Assembly: GCF_020745735.1 (NCBI RefSeq)
Contig: NC_083443.1
Location: 16,171,006 to 16,235,005, forward strand
From: Hemiscyllium ocellatum
Taxonomy: Eukaryota
Direction of reading: 5' to 3'
DNA length: 64,000 nt
Shown here one piece after another: positions 1 to 13,811 of the stretch. A program made the translations under genes and the position numbers. Position 1 is the first letter of the stretch. Every line of letters begins with the position of its first letter. Under the pieces are notes generated by a model. It made no database searches. It was not told where the DNA came from and saw only the letters and a list, made by a program, of their open reading frames with translations.

Positions 1-425
1 TTCCTTCGAGCTAGATCTGACTCCAACCAGTGAAGAGGTTTTTCACGATTTCTGTGAACTCCAGGTTTGTTTTTGCTTCTTGATGCCATACTTGATTTAA
101 CTCACCTTTGATGTCAAGGATAATGACCCTCATCTCGCCTCTGGAATTCAGTTCTCTTGTCCACATTTGGACCAAGGTTATTACGATGTTAAATGTTGAG
201 TGACCCTCGCAGAAGTCTCCCAATATCCACAAGCCATTGCAGGGTCGAAATGGCTGAGTTTGCCTTTGTCAGTTCCAGTGCCTTGATTGATACTGGGTGT
301 TTCACCCAGTTTCATTCCTTGATTTTGGACTTTGTCACAATTTCCATGTAAGTGAACAGTTTGCTAAGCCATTTCAGGGGTTAGTTAAGGTTTAGTCACA
401 TGTAGGCCAGACCAGGTTTGAAATA
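1..425 (-). mobile_element. LINE RT fragment (same family) and adjacent SINE remnant
   Basis: ORF 11..232: LVQMWTRELNSRGEMRVIILDIKG...VWHQ, a decayed LDIKAAFDRVWH-type RT motif. Confidence 0.65.
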
Positions 426-865
426 AAAGGACTAGATGTTTTTCTTTGAGACAATCAGCATTAGATTAGCTTTTTGTTGATGTCTGATCTCATCGTCTGA
501 TGCGGTGAGGTTGAACCTATGTTCTAGCTAACTGATCCAGTGACAGTACCCCAATACCACCACCATCCCCTCATGTAATTTATTTTATTTAATACAATTG
601 TCGCTGCTCCCCTCCTAGCGTGTTTAATCTTTTCCAGTTATGTAGTTTACTTTATCCTCCATTTTTCTGATTCCTAGTTATTGTATGCTCCGTGCATATC
701 CGTTCCCACCATCAAAAGCTGTCTTTTCATCCAGCAACAGGCCTTCTCATTGGAACAAAATTATTTCACATTTATCAACTGTCTCTTTTCTTCCAGAGTT
801 CCTCAACCAGCTGTTTAGTGTTCACCTCTTCCTTGCAGAAATGTTTGGGAATGGAGAAACAGAGT

Positions 866-1054
866 AGTAAGGGTATGGAATACTTTGCCTGCATTGGTAG
901 TGGATTCGCCAAGTTTAAGTGCATTTAAGTCGTCATTGGACAGGCAAATGGACGTAGAAAGAATAGTGTAGGTGGGATGGGCTTCAGATTAATATGACAG
1001 GGCGGTGCAACATTGAGGGCCGAAGGGCCTGTACTGCGCTGTTATGTTCTATGT
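866..1054 (+). mobile_element. CR1 3' tail
   Basis: Ends gggccgaagggcctgtactgcgctgttatgttctatg. Confidence 0.75.
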
Positions 1055-1249
1055 GACTTAGTCAGCTTTTGCAGGGTCTGGTAAAAGAGAGGTGAGCCAA
1101 TTTATCTGAAGGATAGGCTTATGGATGATGAAAATGTGCCATTTTGCTGAAGACTAAGTGAGCATTCTACGTTGGTCTGAAAATTTGATGGGACAATATT
1201 TTTGGGATGCCTTGAATTTTACTGATGACTTCTTAGTTACAAAAAGGGA

Positions 1250-1865
1250 GACAGTGGTCTAGGAGTGTTATTGCTAGACTATTAATCCAGAAACTCGGAT
1301 GATGTTTTCGGGACTCTGATTTGAATCCAACCACTACAGATACTGGAATGTGAATTCAATAAATATTTTGGAATGATTCTATGATGACCTTGAAACTACT
1401 GTCGATTGTCAAACAAAACTCCATCCGGTTCACCTAACTCTCTCATCCTTATCTGGTCTGGCCTAAATGTGACTCCAGGCCCCTTTCAACTACCTTCTGA
1501 AATGGTCCAGCAAGCCACTAGGTCATAACAATTGCGACAAGATCTCAAAAAAGAAATGAAAACTCCTGAGGCGGCACCTCCCAAACCCATGACCATCAAG
1601 AAGGACAAGGGCAGCAGATACATGGGAACACCACCACTGATGAAGTTCCTCTCCGAGCTGCTCAGCACCCTGACTTAGAAACATCCTGCCATTCCTTCAC
1701 TGTTGCTGGGTCCGAATCTTGGAATTCCCTGCTAACAGCATTGTTGGTCTACTACAGCACATAACTGCTGTAGTTTAAGAAGGCAATTCGCCCCCATCTT
1801 TGGACAGGCAATAAAAGCTAGCCGAGCCAGGAATGCCCGCATGTCACAACTGATGTTTAAAAAAC
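1250..1865 (+). mobile_element. tRNA-derived SINE (second family) joined to a long LINE 3' tail
   Basis: Head similar to 18795; tail similar to 55960-56290 and 24905-25175. Confidence 0.7.
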
Positions 1866-2808
1866 CACTAAAGAATGAGTGCATTCATTGTCATATAAGT
1901 TATTACCATCCCTTACTAGGGATAGGGAATATATATCTATCTAAATTTGATAACATACGTTATTAACTCTAATTAAATGCCATGCTTTCAGTTGTTATGT
2001 CTGTTTTTGTTTAGTGTCAGTAAATAGAACTAGTTAACATTTCTTATCAAGCACTACTGCAGAAATCTCTTGTCTCTTTCTTTAATTGCATTTAAGGTTG
2101 TTTGTTTGGATCTTCGTTTTTAGTCGTTCTTGGAAAATGTGTTGTGGCGTTTATTATTTTCTGAAATTCATCGAAGTGCTGCAAGAGGTCATTTGTGTTC
2201 AATTTGGGCACATTCAATTGTGTTTTATTCTGCACATCCACTATAAAACTGCCGAGAAATCATTTTTTGAAGTGGTATTGTTGCCAAGTCATCTCTCTCT
2301 GACTCCTTCTCACATTCTTTAAATTGTGATCTTCTGCTGATGAAGAGACTTGATGTAGTTATTGCATAGCTTTGTTTTAATGTGGGTAGATAGGTGGTAG
2401 GCCTGTTCACTTTTTAGAAATAGAACTGCGAACCTGATAACAGAGATGTTGCTATCCATTTTACATTCTGAACATTTCTACCAGGCTTCTCAAAACTCTT
2501 ACAAGCAATACTGTTTTAATTTTAAAATAAAAGTCTTTATTTAGTGAATGTAGTTCAGCATATGTCAGGAAATATATGGTTTCCCTCGCTGGTGCTGGAA
2601 AACTTGATAATTCAATTTGAATAAAGAGTTAAGTAAGTACATATTCCCTCTTAAAAACAAGTTCACATAATAGCAAATGCTAAATTGTGTCAACACAAGG
2701 CAGTTAATTTAATACATTGCTATGGAGCACTTAAGATAGTGTAACATAAAGGATTATGTAGTAATGAATATTATAAATTAAAATATGTTGTAAAATACAT
2801 TTCTCTGA

Positions 2809-3317
2809 TTAAAGTCTGGTTGAAGATTTGTAGCTCGGGTGTCCGTTGTTGTGGCTCTGTTCGCCGAGCTGGAAGTTTATGCTGCAAACGTTTCGTTCCC
2901 TGGCTAGGGAACATCATCAGTGCTATTGGAGCCTCCTGTGACTGGGAAAACACTACCATCATAGGACAAGCCAGACAGAGAACAGCCAGGGAATTCCTAG
3001 AGGCATGGCATTCATCCACAAACTCCATTAACAGACACATGGACCTGGACCCCATATACAAACCACTACAGCTGAAACTGACACCCGGAAACGGCAAGAA
3101 CATCCATCAACAGACACATCGACCTGGACCCCACATACAAACTACTACAGCTGAAACTGACACCCGGAAGCGGCAAGAACAAACCACTATAAATACCGGA
3201 AGAAACATCAAAGCAGCGCTTCACAGGAGGCTCCAATAGCACTGATGATGTTCCCTAGCCAGGGAACGAAACGTTTGCAGCAAAAACTTCCAGCTCGGCG
3301 AACAGAACCACAACAAC
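2809..3317. mobile_element. Penelope-like element (family E), tail-to-tail inverted form with hammerhead
   Basis: Inverted arms 2845-2941 and 3221-3317. Internal PLE C-terminal peptide DWENTTIIGQARQRTAREFLEAWHS. TSD acatttctctga at 2797-2808 and 3316-3327. Confidence 0.88.
3239..3278 (+). ncRNA. Minimal type I hammerhead ribozyme motif (PLE family E)
   Basis: GCA-CTGATGA-T-GTTCCCT-agcc-AGGGAAC-GAAAC-GTT-TGC. Intact core, 7-bp helix II, helix I GCA/TGC, palindromic helix III. Confidence 0.75.
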
Positions 3318-5971
3318 ATTTCTCTGAATTCTCCAGAAGTAATTTTTGCTTGTTCTAGCAGCAGGGTATACTTCTGTTTTAAAAGTATAATTTAGTTGTG
3401 GAATACTTTAATTAGCTTGTACATTAAATGAATGTTATGGCAAGGTGTAACTTCCACAGCTGATTTGTGCAGCAATTTTGAGACATTCACTGTTCAAACA
3501 GGTTTGGTGTGACAAACACTCTGATCCACACAATTTACAATCTTGGCCTGAAGCACTACTTCTGAACAGATTGACACAGCCCAGCTTTCACCTGGACTTT
3601 CCCACTGTAGGAAGGTAGCACTAACAGTGAAGATCATGCAAAGTCAATGCAGATTTAGTTAATTAAAGGTTATATAAACATGTTGTAAAATAAACTTGGA
3701 AATAAATAGTGGGCTGCAATGTGCTCAGATGTGTTTTTGGAATTATTTCTGGATCTGTAATTCATTTCCAATGTTTTAAATGAAAGCTTCAACTGTTGAA
3801 AATTAAACAGGCTATATTTCTGAATATAAATAAAGCAGAGTGGCACAAGCTAGGCCAGATCTATAATTATGGTTCTAATTTGTAATAATTCTGCCTCAAG
3901 GAGCCTCCATTTAGTTGTAATGTGGTTAGTCTGTACTGGGAAATGTATGGTGCGGGGCTGCCTTCTGTTAAGAAGACATTTAGCATGATTATTGCCCGTG
4001 TCAAATGTCAGGTAAATGTTTAATCAGTTCTGTTCACTCAGATATTTGCCATAGGGGTAAAGCTTGTGACAGTCATTGTGCTGAAGTACACAAATAATAT
4101 CTCATGGTATGGTATGTGAACTGTTGTCCTTTGTTTTCTATTGTGTATGTATTAGTGCAGGGAATGGAGCCTTTGACTCGACTGATTTATATTTTAAAAG
4201 GTTGATGACTTTCAATTGCCTACATTGTCGTCAAGGCTTAAACTTTCTTGCAGTTATCCCTGTTTAAGCTAACACATGATCTCAGTCATGTGGATGTGAT
4301 TTACATATATATTTATGCTCTTACAAAGTGTTTTTAAACTAGCATTAAAATAGTTGAAGCCGGTTCAGTCTGCGGGCCCATTCAAAAAGCAGTCTGATTA
4401 GTCTACTCCCTGGCTCTACCTCCAAACCCTTGAGATTTTCTCTCCTCGACTGTTTTTCTTTAGTTTTCTTTTGAACACTACAGTTGTCCCTGAATTCTCC
4501 AGCGCTGAAGTTTACTCAAAACTAAATGCTCATTATGTTAGAATGGTTGATTTAAGGTGGTTGGCAAAAGAGTACCCAAGATGACTTGAGGGAACAGCTC
4601 ACTCTATATCTCATATCATTTAAGTTTGGAGCATGCTATCTGATTTATATTCAATAGTATCTTTCGTAAAGGATTCAGGCAGCTACTTGGAAGAAACACT
4701 GCTGGGCTATTGGGGAAGAGCATGGAAGTGAACCTAACTGGATTGCTCTTTTAAAGAACTTGCACAGACCTGTTGGGCCGAATGGCCTGTTCACATGTTG
4801 TGTTGTGCTGTTGTTCTGTGATCATGGACCGTTTTGATCTTTGGAAAAAGATGTGACAATTTATAGAAAGCATGTTGATCTAAAGAGCAACAGTGGGAGG
4901 TTTAGTATTGTAGACTTGTGTTGTCGGTACAATCAGAAGAAACCAGTACTCAGTAATATTACTAATTCACACTGCTTTTTTTTCTTACCATGATTACTGG
5001 CGAGTCCTGAGAAATGTCACATTTATCTCAATCTTACTATCATCCATGCAGGCTTCTGCAGGTAAATACATGCAGACTGGTACACCTGTCAAGTGATATC
5101 CTAGTGTTAACTCATGCAAATTCCTCTTTACCTGAGTTGTCATATCTTGATGCACATCACAAACAGGGTATTTGGTACTCGAGTATTTGATGACAACGCA
5201 TTCTGAGTAAAGTTTTCATTGTGTCAATCTTGAAGTGCAAACCTTACATTTGGACATAAAATACAGGCTCTTAAATTTCTGCGTTGGCTTGGTGTATTTT
5301 TGGATTTTTTTCTTTGAAAAATACTTCCACCTCTGAATTATGTAATGGTACCCAGGAGGCCAAGAAAAAAGGGTTAATATTTCAACATTGTTATTAAACA
5401 AATTCTTAGAGATTGGTAAGATAATTGCATTGCATAATAATACACTGGTTTTGATCAAATCAGATGATTCATTGTGCAATATTTACTTATTTCAAACTGG
5501 GGAAGATTTTGAAAAACTTAGAGAAGGAAGCTGTGTCACTTTTTCAGGTCAATAAGCTTTGTTTGTGATAGTTTCTTGTGATTTTTTTTTAGAGTTGCCC
5601 ATTGCTTCCTATAAACATGTTAAAATATTGAATGTATCAGACCTGAAGTTTTTATTTCCTGTACTGACTGTGAATTTGCTGTTGACTTCAGTGCAGATAC
5701 TTGAACATATTGTCCTATTGAAACACACTATTTTTGGTATTTTCTTCATGTTTAATTTATAATGCTAAATTGTCACCAATCATCATAATCTTGAGAATAT
5801 GGGCTGTTAAAGAATCTAGCAGAGATACGCCAAGGGAATTCAAGCTGGTGAGTTCAATTCTATGCAGTGATACAAGTAGGATTGATTTTATAACAATGCT
5901 GTTGGACTATGTATCTTCTGTGAGTATACCTGTCTTAGGTGTCATAGTTTAACATGTATGATGACCTAGTT

Positions 5972-6180
5972 CATTGTTTCTCCAGCTTTTTACCATTATG
6001 ACCCCATTTTGAATCTTAAAAATGGTCATGATCTGACAGTGGGAAATGAAAGCCTTTGTTAAGCCATCTGGACAATGAGCATGGGAGGGAGGGCTGGCTG
6101 TTGCTGTCCTGGAGCTTTTAGCCCCAGATTTTTAGCTTGCAATGTGCTTTGGGGTTCTAATTCCACTTTGGGACAACTTG
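5972..6180. mobile_element. Possible decayed non-autonomous hAT (Charlie-type) element
   Basis: Ends cattgtttctccagcttttt...atgacccc and gggttctaattccactttgggacaacttg resemble Charlie termini; no TSD seen. Confidence 0.35.
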
Positions 6181-6549
6181 GCCTCTTGATTATGATGGTG
6201 TACTCCAGTGTTGAGCTCACCATCACAGCAACGTTCTGAATAGGTCTGAGTTAATACGCAATGAAATCTGCCAGATAGTTGTAAAAGCTGCTAGTTTGTT
6301 CGTGTTCTTCACCCACAACCTCATTCAGTCTGAGCTACAAGCAACTCCAGGTGAAGTGGTTGTGTTTTAATAATGTAGTTCCAAACAGCAAAGTTTAAAA
6401 CTCATGAAGTGTAAAATGTCAAAGGCACTAATTTTTGTGTTTATTGTACTGGACTGTTAAATCCTATGCACTATGCTTGCATCATTAGATACGAGAAGCT
6501 AGCATTCTTATTGTATACTTATTTGAACAAGATATTTCCTGTCTAGTTT

Positions 6550-6785
6550 ACTTTTTCACACAGAAGGTGGTGCATGTATGGAATGAGCTGCCAGAGGAAG
6601 TGGTGGAGGCTGGTACAATTCCAACATTTAAAAGGCATCTGGATGGGTATATGAACAGGAAGGGTTTAGAGGGATATGGGCCAGGTGCTGGCAAATGGGA
6701 CTAGATTAGGTTAGAATATCTGGCCAGCGTGGACGAGTCGGACCGAAGAGTCTGTTTCCATGTTGTACATCTCTAAGACTTTATG
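6550..6785 (+). mobile_element. CR1 (HER1-like) 3' end; shorter tails at 8755-8880 and 10100-10258
   Basis: Peptide FFTQKVVHVWNELPEEVVEAGTI plus 3' UTR. Confidence 0.85.
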
Positions 6786-7151
6786 AACTGTATTTAAAAT
6801 GGTGTGGAATTGAAGAAGCTTCACGCACAATTTTAAAACATTAAGGAAAGGATAGTGAAAAAACACTAAACCATATTGAAACAAAAAAGAGCAGAAACGC
6901 AGCAGTTCTGACAGCTTGTGCGGGAAGAAAGCAAGGTTTCATGAAAAGTCAACAGTTTTTCTTTGCACAATTGCTACCAGACCTGTTGAGTTTCTCCAGC
7001 ACTTTGTTTTTGTTTCCGATCTCCAGCATCCATGGTTTTTAGTTGAATAAAACAATGATGGAGATCACGTGTATCTCTAACTGAGGGAGGAAAACCGATT
7101 CTTGTAATAATACAAGGGTATGATACAGTAACCAAATTGGAGCACATACTC

Positions 7152-7445
7152 AAAAACAAAATCAGAAGTTGCTGAAAAAGCTCAACAGGTCTGGCAGCAT
7201 CAATGCAGAGAAATCAGAGATAATGTTTCAGGTCTGGTGACCCTTCTTCAGAAGTGATGGTAGCTAAGGAAATATTGGTTTTTATGCACTGTTACGTTTT
7301 GTTATGGTTTTTGTATCCTAGCTACCATCAACTCTGAGGAAGGGTGACTGAACCCAAAACATTAACTCTGATTTCTCTCCACAGATGCTGCCAGATCTGC
7401 TGGGCTTTCCCAGCATCTGCGGTTCTTTTGGAATTTTTATTTTGA
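7152..7445. mobile_element. Palindromic PLE mini-element (family B)
   Basis: Inverted arms; CTGAGGAAGGGTGACTGAACCCAAAAC at 7334; TSD cacatactc at 7143-7151 and 7448-7456. Related decayed copies at about 6876-7040, 20944-21305, 24705-24885, 37520-37715, 46930-47065 and 47905-48035. Confidence 0.75.
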
Positions 7446-7930
7446 ATCACATACTCCTTTGGTCTCAATGTTTTTAGTTGAGGGTGAACAATGAATTTTG
7501 ATACGGAAATCTCAATCAGTTGGTTTAATAGACTGCAATGTGCTGTTGAAACATTTTATCTGCATGTTATGTGTCGTATTGTTTGGGGGTATGAGAACTA
7601 AATGTTGAAAATGTCTTGAGAGAATAATCACTAATGTTGTGACTCAGAAATGTGTACCAACAATTCTGCATTGAGAATTTTATTTTCCTCTGAACCAGCC
7701 AGTTTGATCCCTTTTACTCTTTGTGCTGTGCTTAGTCCTCTCCTACAAGTGGGTATCTAATTCCTCCTTTGCAATAAAACGGATGCAATTGAATGCTTAA
7801 TAAAAAGGATGCTTATGATGGAGAATTTCACCTCTGAAAATGGACAATTTCTTGAGCTGTCTTTTAATTCTTAACTTTGGATCACCTCACTATTATCCTG
7901 TCCATCCGCTGGAAGTCATGGCATTATTTT

Positions 7931-8229
7931 GTGGGTGGCACAGTGGTTAGCACTGCTGCCTCACAGCGCCTGAGACCCGGGTTCAATTCCCGACTCAGGC
8001 GACTGACTGTGTGGAGTTTGCACGTTCTCCCCGTGTCTGCGTGGGTTTCCTCCGGGTGCTCCGGTTTCCTCCCACAGTCACAAAGATGTGTGGGTCAGGT
8101 GAATTGGCCATGCTAAATTGCCCGTAGTGTTAGGTAAGGGGTATGGGTTGGTTGCGCTTCGGCAGGTCGGTGTGGACTTGTTGAGCCGAAGGGCCTGTTT
8201 CCACACTGTAAGTAATCTAATCTAATCTA
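7931..8229 (+). mobile_element. HE1-like V-SINE, young subfamily
   Basis: tRNA head, V-domain gtgtggagtttgcac...tggccatgctaaattg, CR1-like tail, (taatc)n end. Confidence 0.88.
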
Positions 8230-10292
8230 GTTTACTTCAGCATACCCTTTCGTAATGTTGGTGATTTCTGTCCAGTCATCCTACAATCTTTTTGGATTGG
8301 TGAGAAAATACCTTAATCTACAGTCTCTTCAGAATTGATTGCTGGAGCTGAAGAATATTTTGTGGTGGTGAATTTATATTCTCTACACTGTGTTTTCATT
8401 GCCTATACAGCCTTCCCTTAATGGTGGATCCAAAAGCTTGTAAGCTTTTTCTGCAACATAACTGGAATCTAGAAACGGGCAGGCATTACGTTTGAATTCA
8501 TGTTATTTTGCTATGAATCGAGAAATGGGGAGGAAATGATCATTGATTCTCATTGACTTACCAATTTTGCTGAAAGCTATTTAACTACAATGGAGTAGTA
8601 AAATTGTCAAGTCACACCTTTTTTTATTTCTTTACTTACAATAGGAATAGAAATGTAGGATTGGAATGATATGACATCAAGTAAAATTAAGTTGAGGGTA
8701 GCATGATAAAGTGCTCAGAGCTAAAGTGTTTGGATCAAAGTGCTGTATGGTAGGAGAGGTTTGGAGGGATATGGGCCGGGTGCTGGCAGGTGGGACGAGA
8801 TTGGGTTGGGATATCTGGTCAGATTGGACCGGTTGGACCGAAGGGTCTGTTTCCGTGCTGTACTTCTCTATGACTCTATGCATACCAAGACCAACATCTA
8901 CTGCATCAGGGAAACCTTCACATCTGTGAAACATGCTCTTTGCCTTAATTTAATGGTCTTGCAGTGCAGAATGTTGTCTTTGAGTGTTGCAATTCAGCAT
9001 GTTCCAAGGTCCAGGACTCTGTACTGAGTGACGCATCAAGGCTTTGGGCTAAAGGTAAAATGGGGACTGCCTGCTGGGGAAAGTCACTGTACTGTGTATG
9101 GAAAATATCAGAGGCCTTGCAGTTGCATTGAGATAGCCAAGAGTGCTGCATGCTCAATGGAGAGGAGTTGTATTTTACATTTACTGTGATATCCAGTTTG
9201 AAGTATTTTGGGATGTACCTTTTCAGATGCTTTAGGAATAAAGTATATTTTTGCAGAAAAGCCTCAGTGTAAATCTCATCGGTGATTTCTTCAGGAACAG
9301 GATTGTACTGTTATCTATGCATTTAGTGTTAAAGTCGTACATTGGATGCATGTAATACAGTGTAGTGAATTTTTAGAGAAAAATGATTTGTTTAATTTCT
9401 TTTAAAATGTTCATCCAACATACTGAAGGCACTCCAGCTTTTGTTTTAGTTTGGGCTGTTTTCCAACTCTCTTTATGCTCTCGAGCAGAGTGCCTTTTCC
9501 GTAGGCAGATCTTCAACTCCTGTGATCTGAAACTTGTGACTTTGTGCTTGCCATGAATAAGGATAACACTTGACCTCTTTCACTGAAATAATTTGCATGT
9601 CATATGGTCCTGTGTATTTGAGAAGGAAAAAGGCTTTTCATACTGTATTGTTCGGGCTTAAATTTGTAGTTACCATTTAATTAAGATTTGTAATTATTTT
9701 TACAAAAATGTTCAGCAGATTGTCATCTTTGTGACGTGTGATTTCTTAGTTTATAAGTGATTTGCACAATGCTTTTAAAGTATCAGAAGTAATTTCCAAA
9801 GTTGTAATCTCTTCAAAGACTTGAATCAGAGCAACGGTGTTCTGTTCTATATGCTGCCATGCCAACCACTCCCAGCTTGTGATTGCAATGGTTTGCTGTC
9901 ATTATCTCTTTTCCCTTATCTGGGTCTAAGGATGTACTAGGTTTGCACTGGTAGAGAAAAACCACTACAGCAGTGAGTCTTCATGAGAAGAGGCTATTGT
10001 CTTCAATAAGATATAGGTTATTGCATGATAAACATCAGGTACAGCTTGTATTGGTAACGTAAACATTATTGCTAAGATTTGTGATATAGGTTACAATGCG
10101 ATGTTTAAAAGGCATCTGGATGGGTACATGAATAGGAAGGGTTTAGAGGAATATAGACCAAATGCTGGCAAATGGGACTAGATTAGTTTAGCATATCTGG
10201 TTGTACTGGACAAGTTGGACCGAAGGGTCTGTTTCAGTGCTATACATCTCCCTGACTCGATGACAAGGTCCTAAAGTGCTCTGTCTTTTCTC

Positions 10293-10293
<1 letters not shown>

Positions 10294-10329
<36 letters not shown>
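10294..10329 (+). repeat. Poly(C) tract, 36 nt
   Basis: Direct reading. Confidence 0.9.
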
Positions 10330-10330
<1 letters not shown>

Positions 10331-12294
10331 CCCAAATACCATAGTCAGATTTGGTGGAGCTTAAAACACAGTCGCTAACATTAGCCCTTTCAGAGCCATT
10401 GCCTTGAGCAACTGTCTTCCTCCATGCATCTTTATACAATAGTGTGAAATAGTGGAAGCCAGTGGTACACTAAAGGCATTATTTTGGTAGCCCAGATCAA
10501 AAGTTGTCCTTTTTAGCTAAGCTTATAAAATAGATGTAATAAAACTGTATTGTTAGAGAAATGGAACATAATCCTGCTGCTTTCTGACCTTCCATTAAAT
10601 TTGAGTGTTTTGTCAGGAGTGTTAGAGAACAAAGTTTACTAGTGAACCATGTGAAAAATCAGTATAAATGGATAAAGCTTGGTCAAAGTTGTGGCTTTTT
10701 AAACATCTTGAAGAATGAAAATGAGAGATGGAATTCCATAGGCATGGCCACCAATCCAGGAGAATTTTACAGTTGTACATGATGTATATTGTTGTGGATT
10801 TATGATCCTGCTCTGGGTAAAGGAGCCAACTTTAAAATGGGAGTGTGCTGTGTTGTGAATGGAACCTTTCTCTCAGTAGCAACATCAAAATTCCACTTAG
10901 AATGTATAAACACAGCTGTAACAGTACAGAGATTTTTTACTTCTCATGGAAACTAATTATACACTCTAAGTTTGGAAATTTGAAAGCTGAAAACTGAGGA
11001 AATGGGTCAAGGCAGCGTCTCTGGAGAAAGCAAACAGTTATTGTTTTGAATCTGTCACTTGCCATCAGAACCAAGGTAAAACTTTGTTCTGGAACTTTCC
11101 AGTGATACACCGCTACTGGGTGAATGAGCTTCTCTTAGATAATATGAAAGACTTTTCTATGGCAACTCTTCATTGCTGCAATGCCATTGGTTATTTGAGG
11201 CACACATGACTGAAGAGAGGGTGAGCATTTTGAGCTCTTCAGATTGCCACTTAAGTTATTTTTTTTACCAGGAGTGAGACTGAAACTTTTGCCATTTTTG
11301 TTTTGTAGATGATGACTTACTTTCTTAGGAAAAAGCAGGCTCACAATTGAAATGTGAGTGTCCAAGGTTTGGTTTTGGGGTGGGGCGTGCCATGGAAGAT
11401 AGTTGTTCAACGGTAAGGTTTGGAAACATTTGCCTTGTTAAGGCAATCGAACTTGAGCCAATGGTTTCTTCCACCAGTCTAATGTGTAATGTGGAGAATT
11501 CAGGGCACACAGCTGCACGTGCATTTGATGAGAAATTTCTAGCTGCAGAATTGCCCACGTTGGAACAACGTTGGAAGGACAGAGGTTTAATTGAATTTTT
11601 AAAGCTTTTTTGATGGAAGTGAAACTTGTCAAGCACCCTTTTTCCATATCAGTTAGAACTTATTGTCACGTCCACTCAAGTATAAGAATATAGGATTACA
11701 GGTGAAAAGTGTACAAATCACCATACACCGGTGCCATCTTGGTTACACACTTTATTCATATTCAGTTATCCATGGGAACATTTATGAATAATGGGAGATC
11801 AGTGGGAGTTGCTGCGTTTGAGCAATTTTTCAGTTTTTACTGCTACCTGGTCTCGCTAATAAATCAGCTGGTAAGTCAGTTGTTAACTGCTCATGAAATA
11901 TGCAGCTTGACTTCCTGGAATTTTCAGACCATGAATTACACTTTCTTTACACCTTTATATTCATAGGTTGGTACTGCACATTACAGTACTCCCACGTCAG
12001 GGATCCACCCCAGTGGCATGCTTTGGCTTTCCTCTACCATTACTGGGAGGGTGTGTTAGAGCTACTTGCATGTTGTTCCAACAGCTCATAATTCCTGCTT
12101 TCCCAGTCCTCTCAAATTTCCTGCAACCCAACCCTCTGAGCATTCTCTGCACTCACATCTACAGCTTACCACTCTGAAATTGGCATTTCCGCCTTTATAC
12201 AGTACATACGGTCAAGAGACCTTTATTTACCTTAATCCCACCATTCCAAATTAATTGCTCTCAGCTTCCATAGAAACTTCATGATTGTCAAAAT

Positions 12295-12563
12295 GGGCAG
12301 CGCAGTGGCACAATGGTTAGCAGTGCTGCCTCACAGCACAAGGGACTGCGGTTCAATTCCAGCCTCCGGTGACTGTCTGTGTGGAGTTTGCACATTCTCC
12401 CCTGTTACTGCGTGGGTTTCTTCCGGGTGCTTCAGTTTCCTCCCACAGTCCAAAGATGAGCAGGTTAGGTGGATTAACCATGGGAAATGTGGGGTAAGAG
12501 GGTGAGTCTGAGTGAGATTTTGTTCAGAGGTTTTGTGTGGACCTGATGGGATTCTATGATTCT
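12295..12563 (+). mobile_element. HE1-like V-SINE
   Basis: Head and V-domain; tail partly deleted. Confidence 0.82.
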
Positions 12564-12910
12564 AAAAAAAAATGTCAGTGCAATGTTGTTTTAAAATCGT
12601 TTGTGGGATGTGGGCGTCGCTGGCTGACCATTTATTGCCTGTCCCTAGTTACCCCTTGAGAAGGTGGTGGTGAGCTGCTGCTTTGAACCATTGCAGTCTG
12701 CCTGCTGGTTGACCCACAATGCATTTTGAGAGGGAAGTCCAGTTTACTTTCAATAATGACTATCATTGTTACTCCCCCCCATCATAGAACAATTCCCATC
12801 TTGGAGTGTGTCCTGATCTACAATTTAAAAGAAAAGTAATTGTTTCATCCTTTTTAGTGCAAAGCTAGGTCTTGTCCAACGTGCTTTAGGCAATGCAATG
12901 GGAGCTGTTA

Positions 12911-13257
12911 GGGGGACAGGGTGGCTCAGTGGTTAGCACTGCTGCCTCACAGCCCCAGAGACCTTGGGTTTGATTCCTGCCCTAGGTGACAGTGTGTGTG
13001 GAGGGGTGTGTGTGTAGGTGTGGAGTTTGCACATTCTCCCTGTGTCTGCGTGTGTTTCGTCCGGGAGCTCCGGTTTCCTCCCACAATCCAAAAGATGTGC
13101 AGTTTAGGTGAACTGGCCATGCTAAATTGCCCATTGTGTTTAGGTGCATTAGTCAGACAGATGTAGGTGAATGGGTCTGAGTGGGTTCCTCTTTGGAGGG
13201 TCGGTGTGGACTTGATGGGCCAAATGGCCTGTTTCCACATTGTAGGGAATCTAATCT
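12911..13257 (+). mobile_element. HE1-like V-SINE
   Basis: Head, GT-rich expansion, V-domain and tail. Confidence 0.85.
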
Positions 13258-13811
13258 CAATGTTACATCTTGAAACCACCTTGAGATACTGGTGGATGCT
13301 TAATCACTGAATCACAACTAGCACATTCTGACCTGGTTTCCAAATTAAATGAAAATTACATTTTGAATGGCCTGGATTTTGTTCTATTTAAGTTTGACAT
13401 TAAAGAGGTCTGTCACCATTTCAGTTAAATGCATCGTGGATCACCTGGTATTGTACTCATCATCTTCGAGAATGGTGTGTCCTGCTGTGATGAGTGTCTT
13501 GGGAGATCTTACAGCGGTGTTATGAAAATTGATGTCACAAATGGGATTTGCCTTTTTTTTTGCAACTGCTGGATCAAATGCAAACTATAATTTTAATGAA
13601 AATTGCCATGAATAAGAAGAAATAATAGCAAATTGTTGAAATTTTGAAATGCACTGTTATTTTTCAGTGATTCCAATGAACTATGAGTGTTTTTATTGAC
13701 TTTGTTTTCGCTCAATTGCCTTGGCCACACTTAAATGCTTTGCTTATAATTCATATTGTATAGTTGATATTGTATCCAGAATTAGTCGTCTGGCAGTGAG
13801 CCAGGAAGATC

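Noticed and set aside
2038-2097. catttcttat...actactgcag...aattgc resembling the JNK3 N-terminal exon (HFLYYCS...KIAF)
   Set aside because: Needs a 5-nt gap, has no ATG or open frame, the middle does not match, and the comparison is from memory.
11325-11647. Overlapping ORFs on both strands, with an LDWWKK hAT-like motif
   Set aside because: A single short motif with no other transposase features or TIRs.
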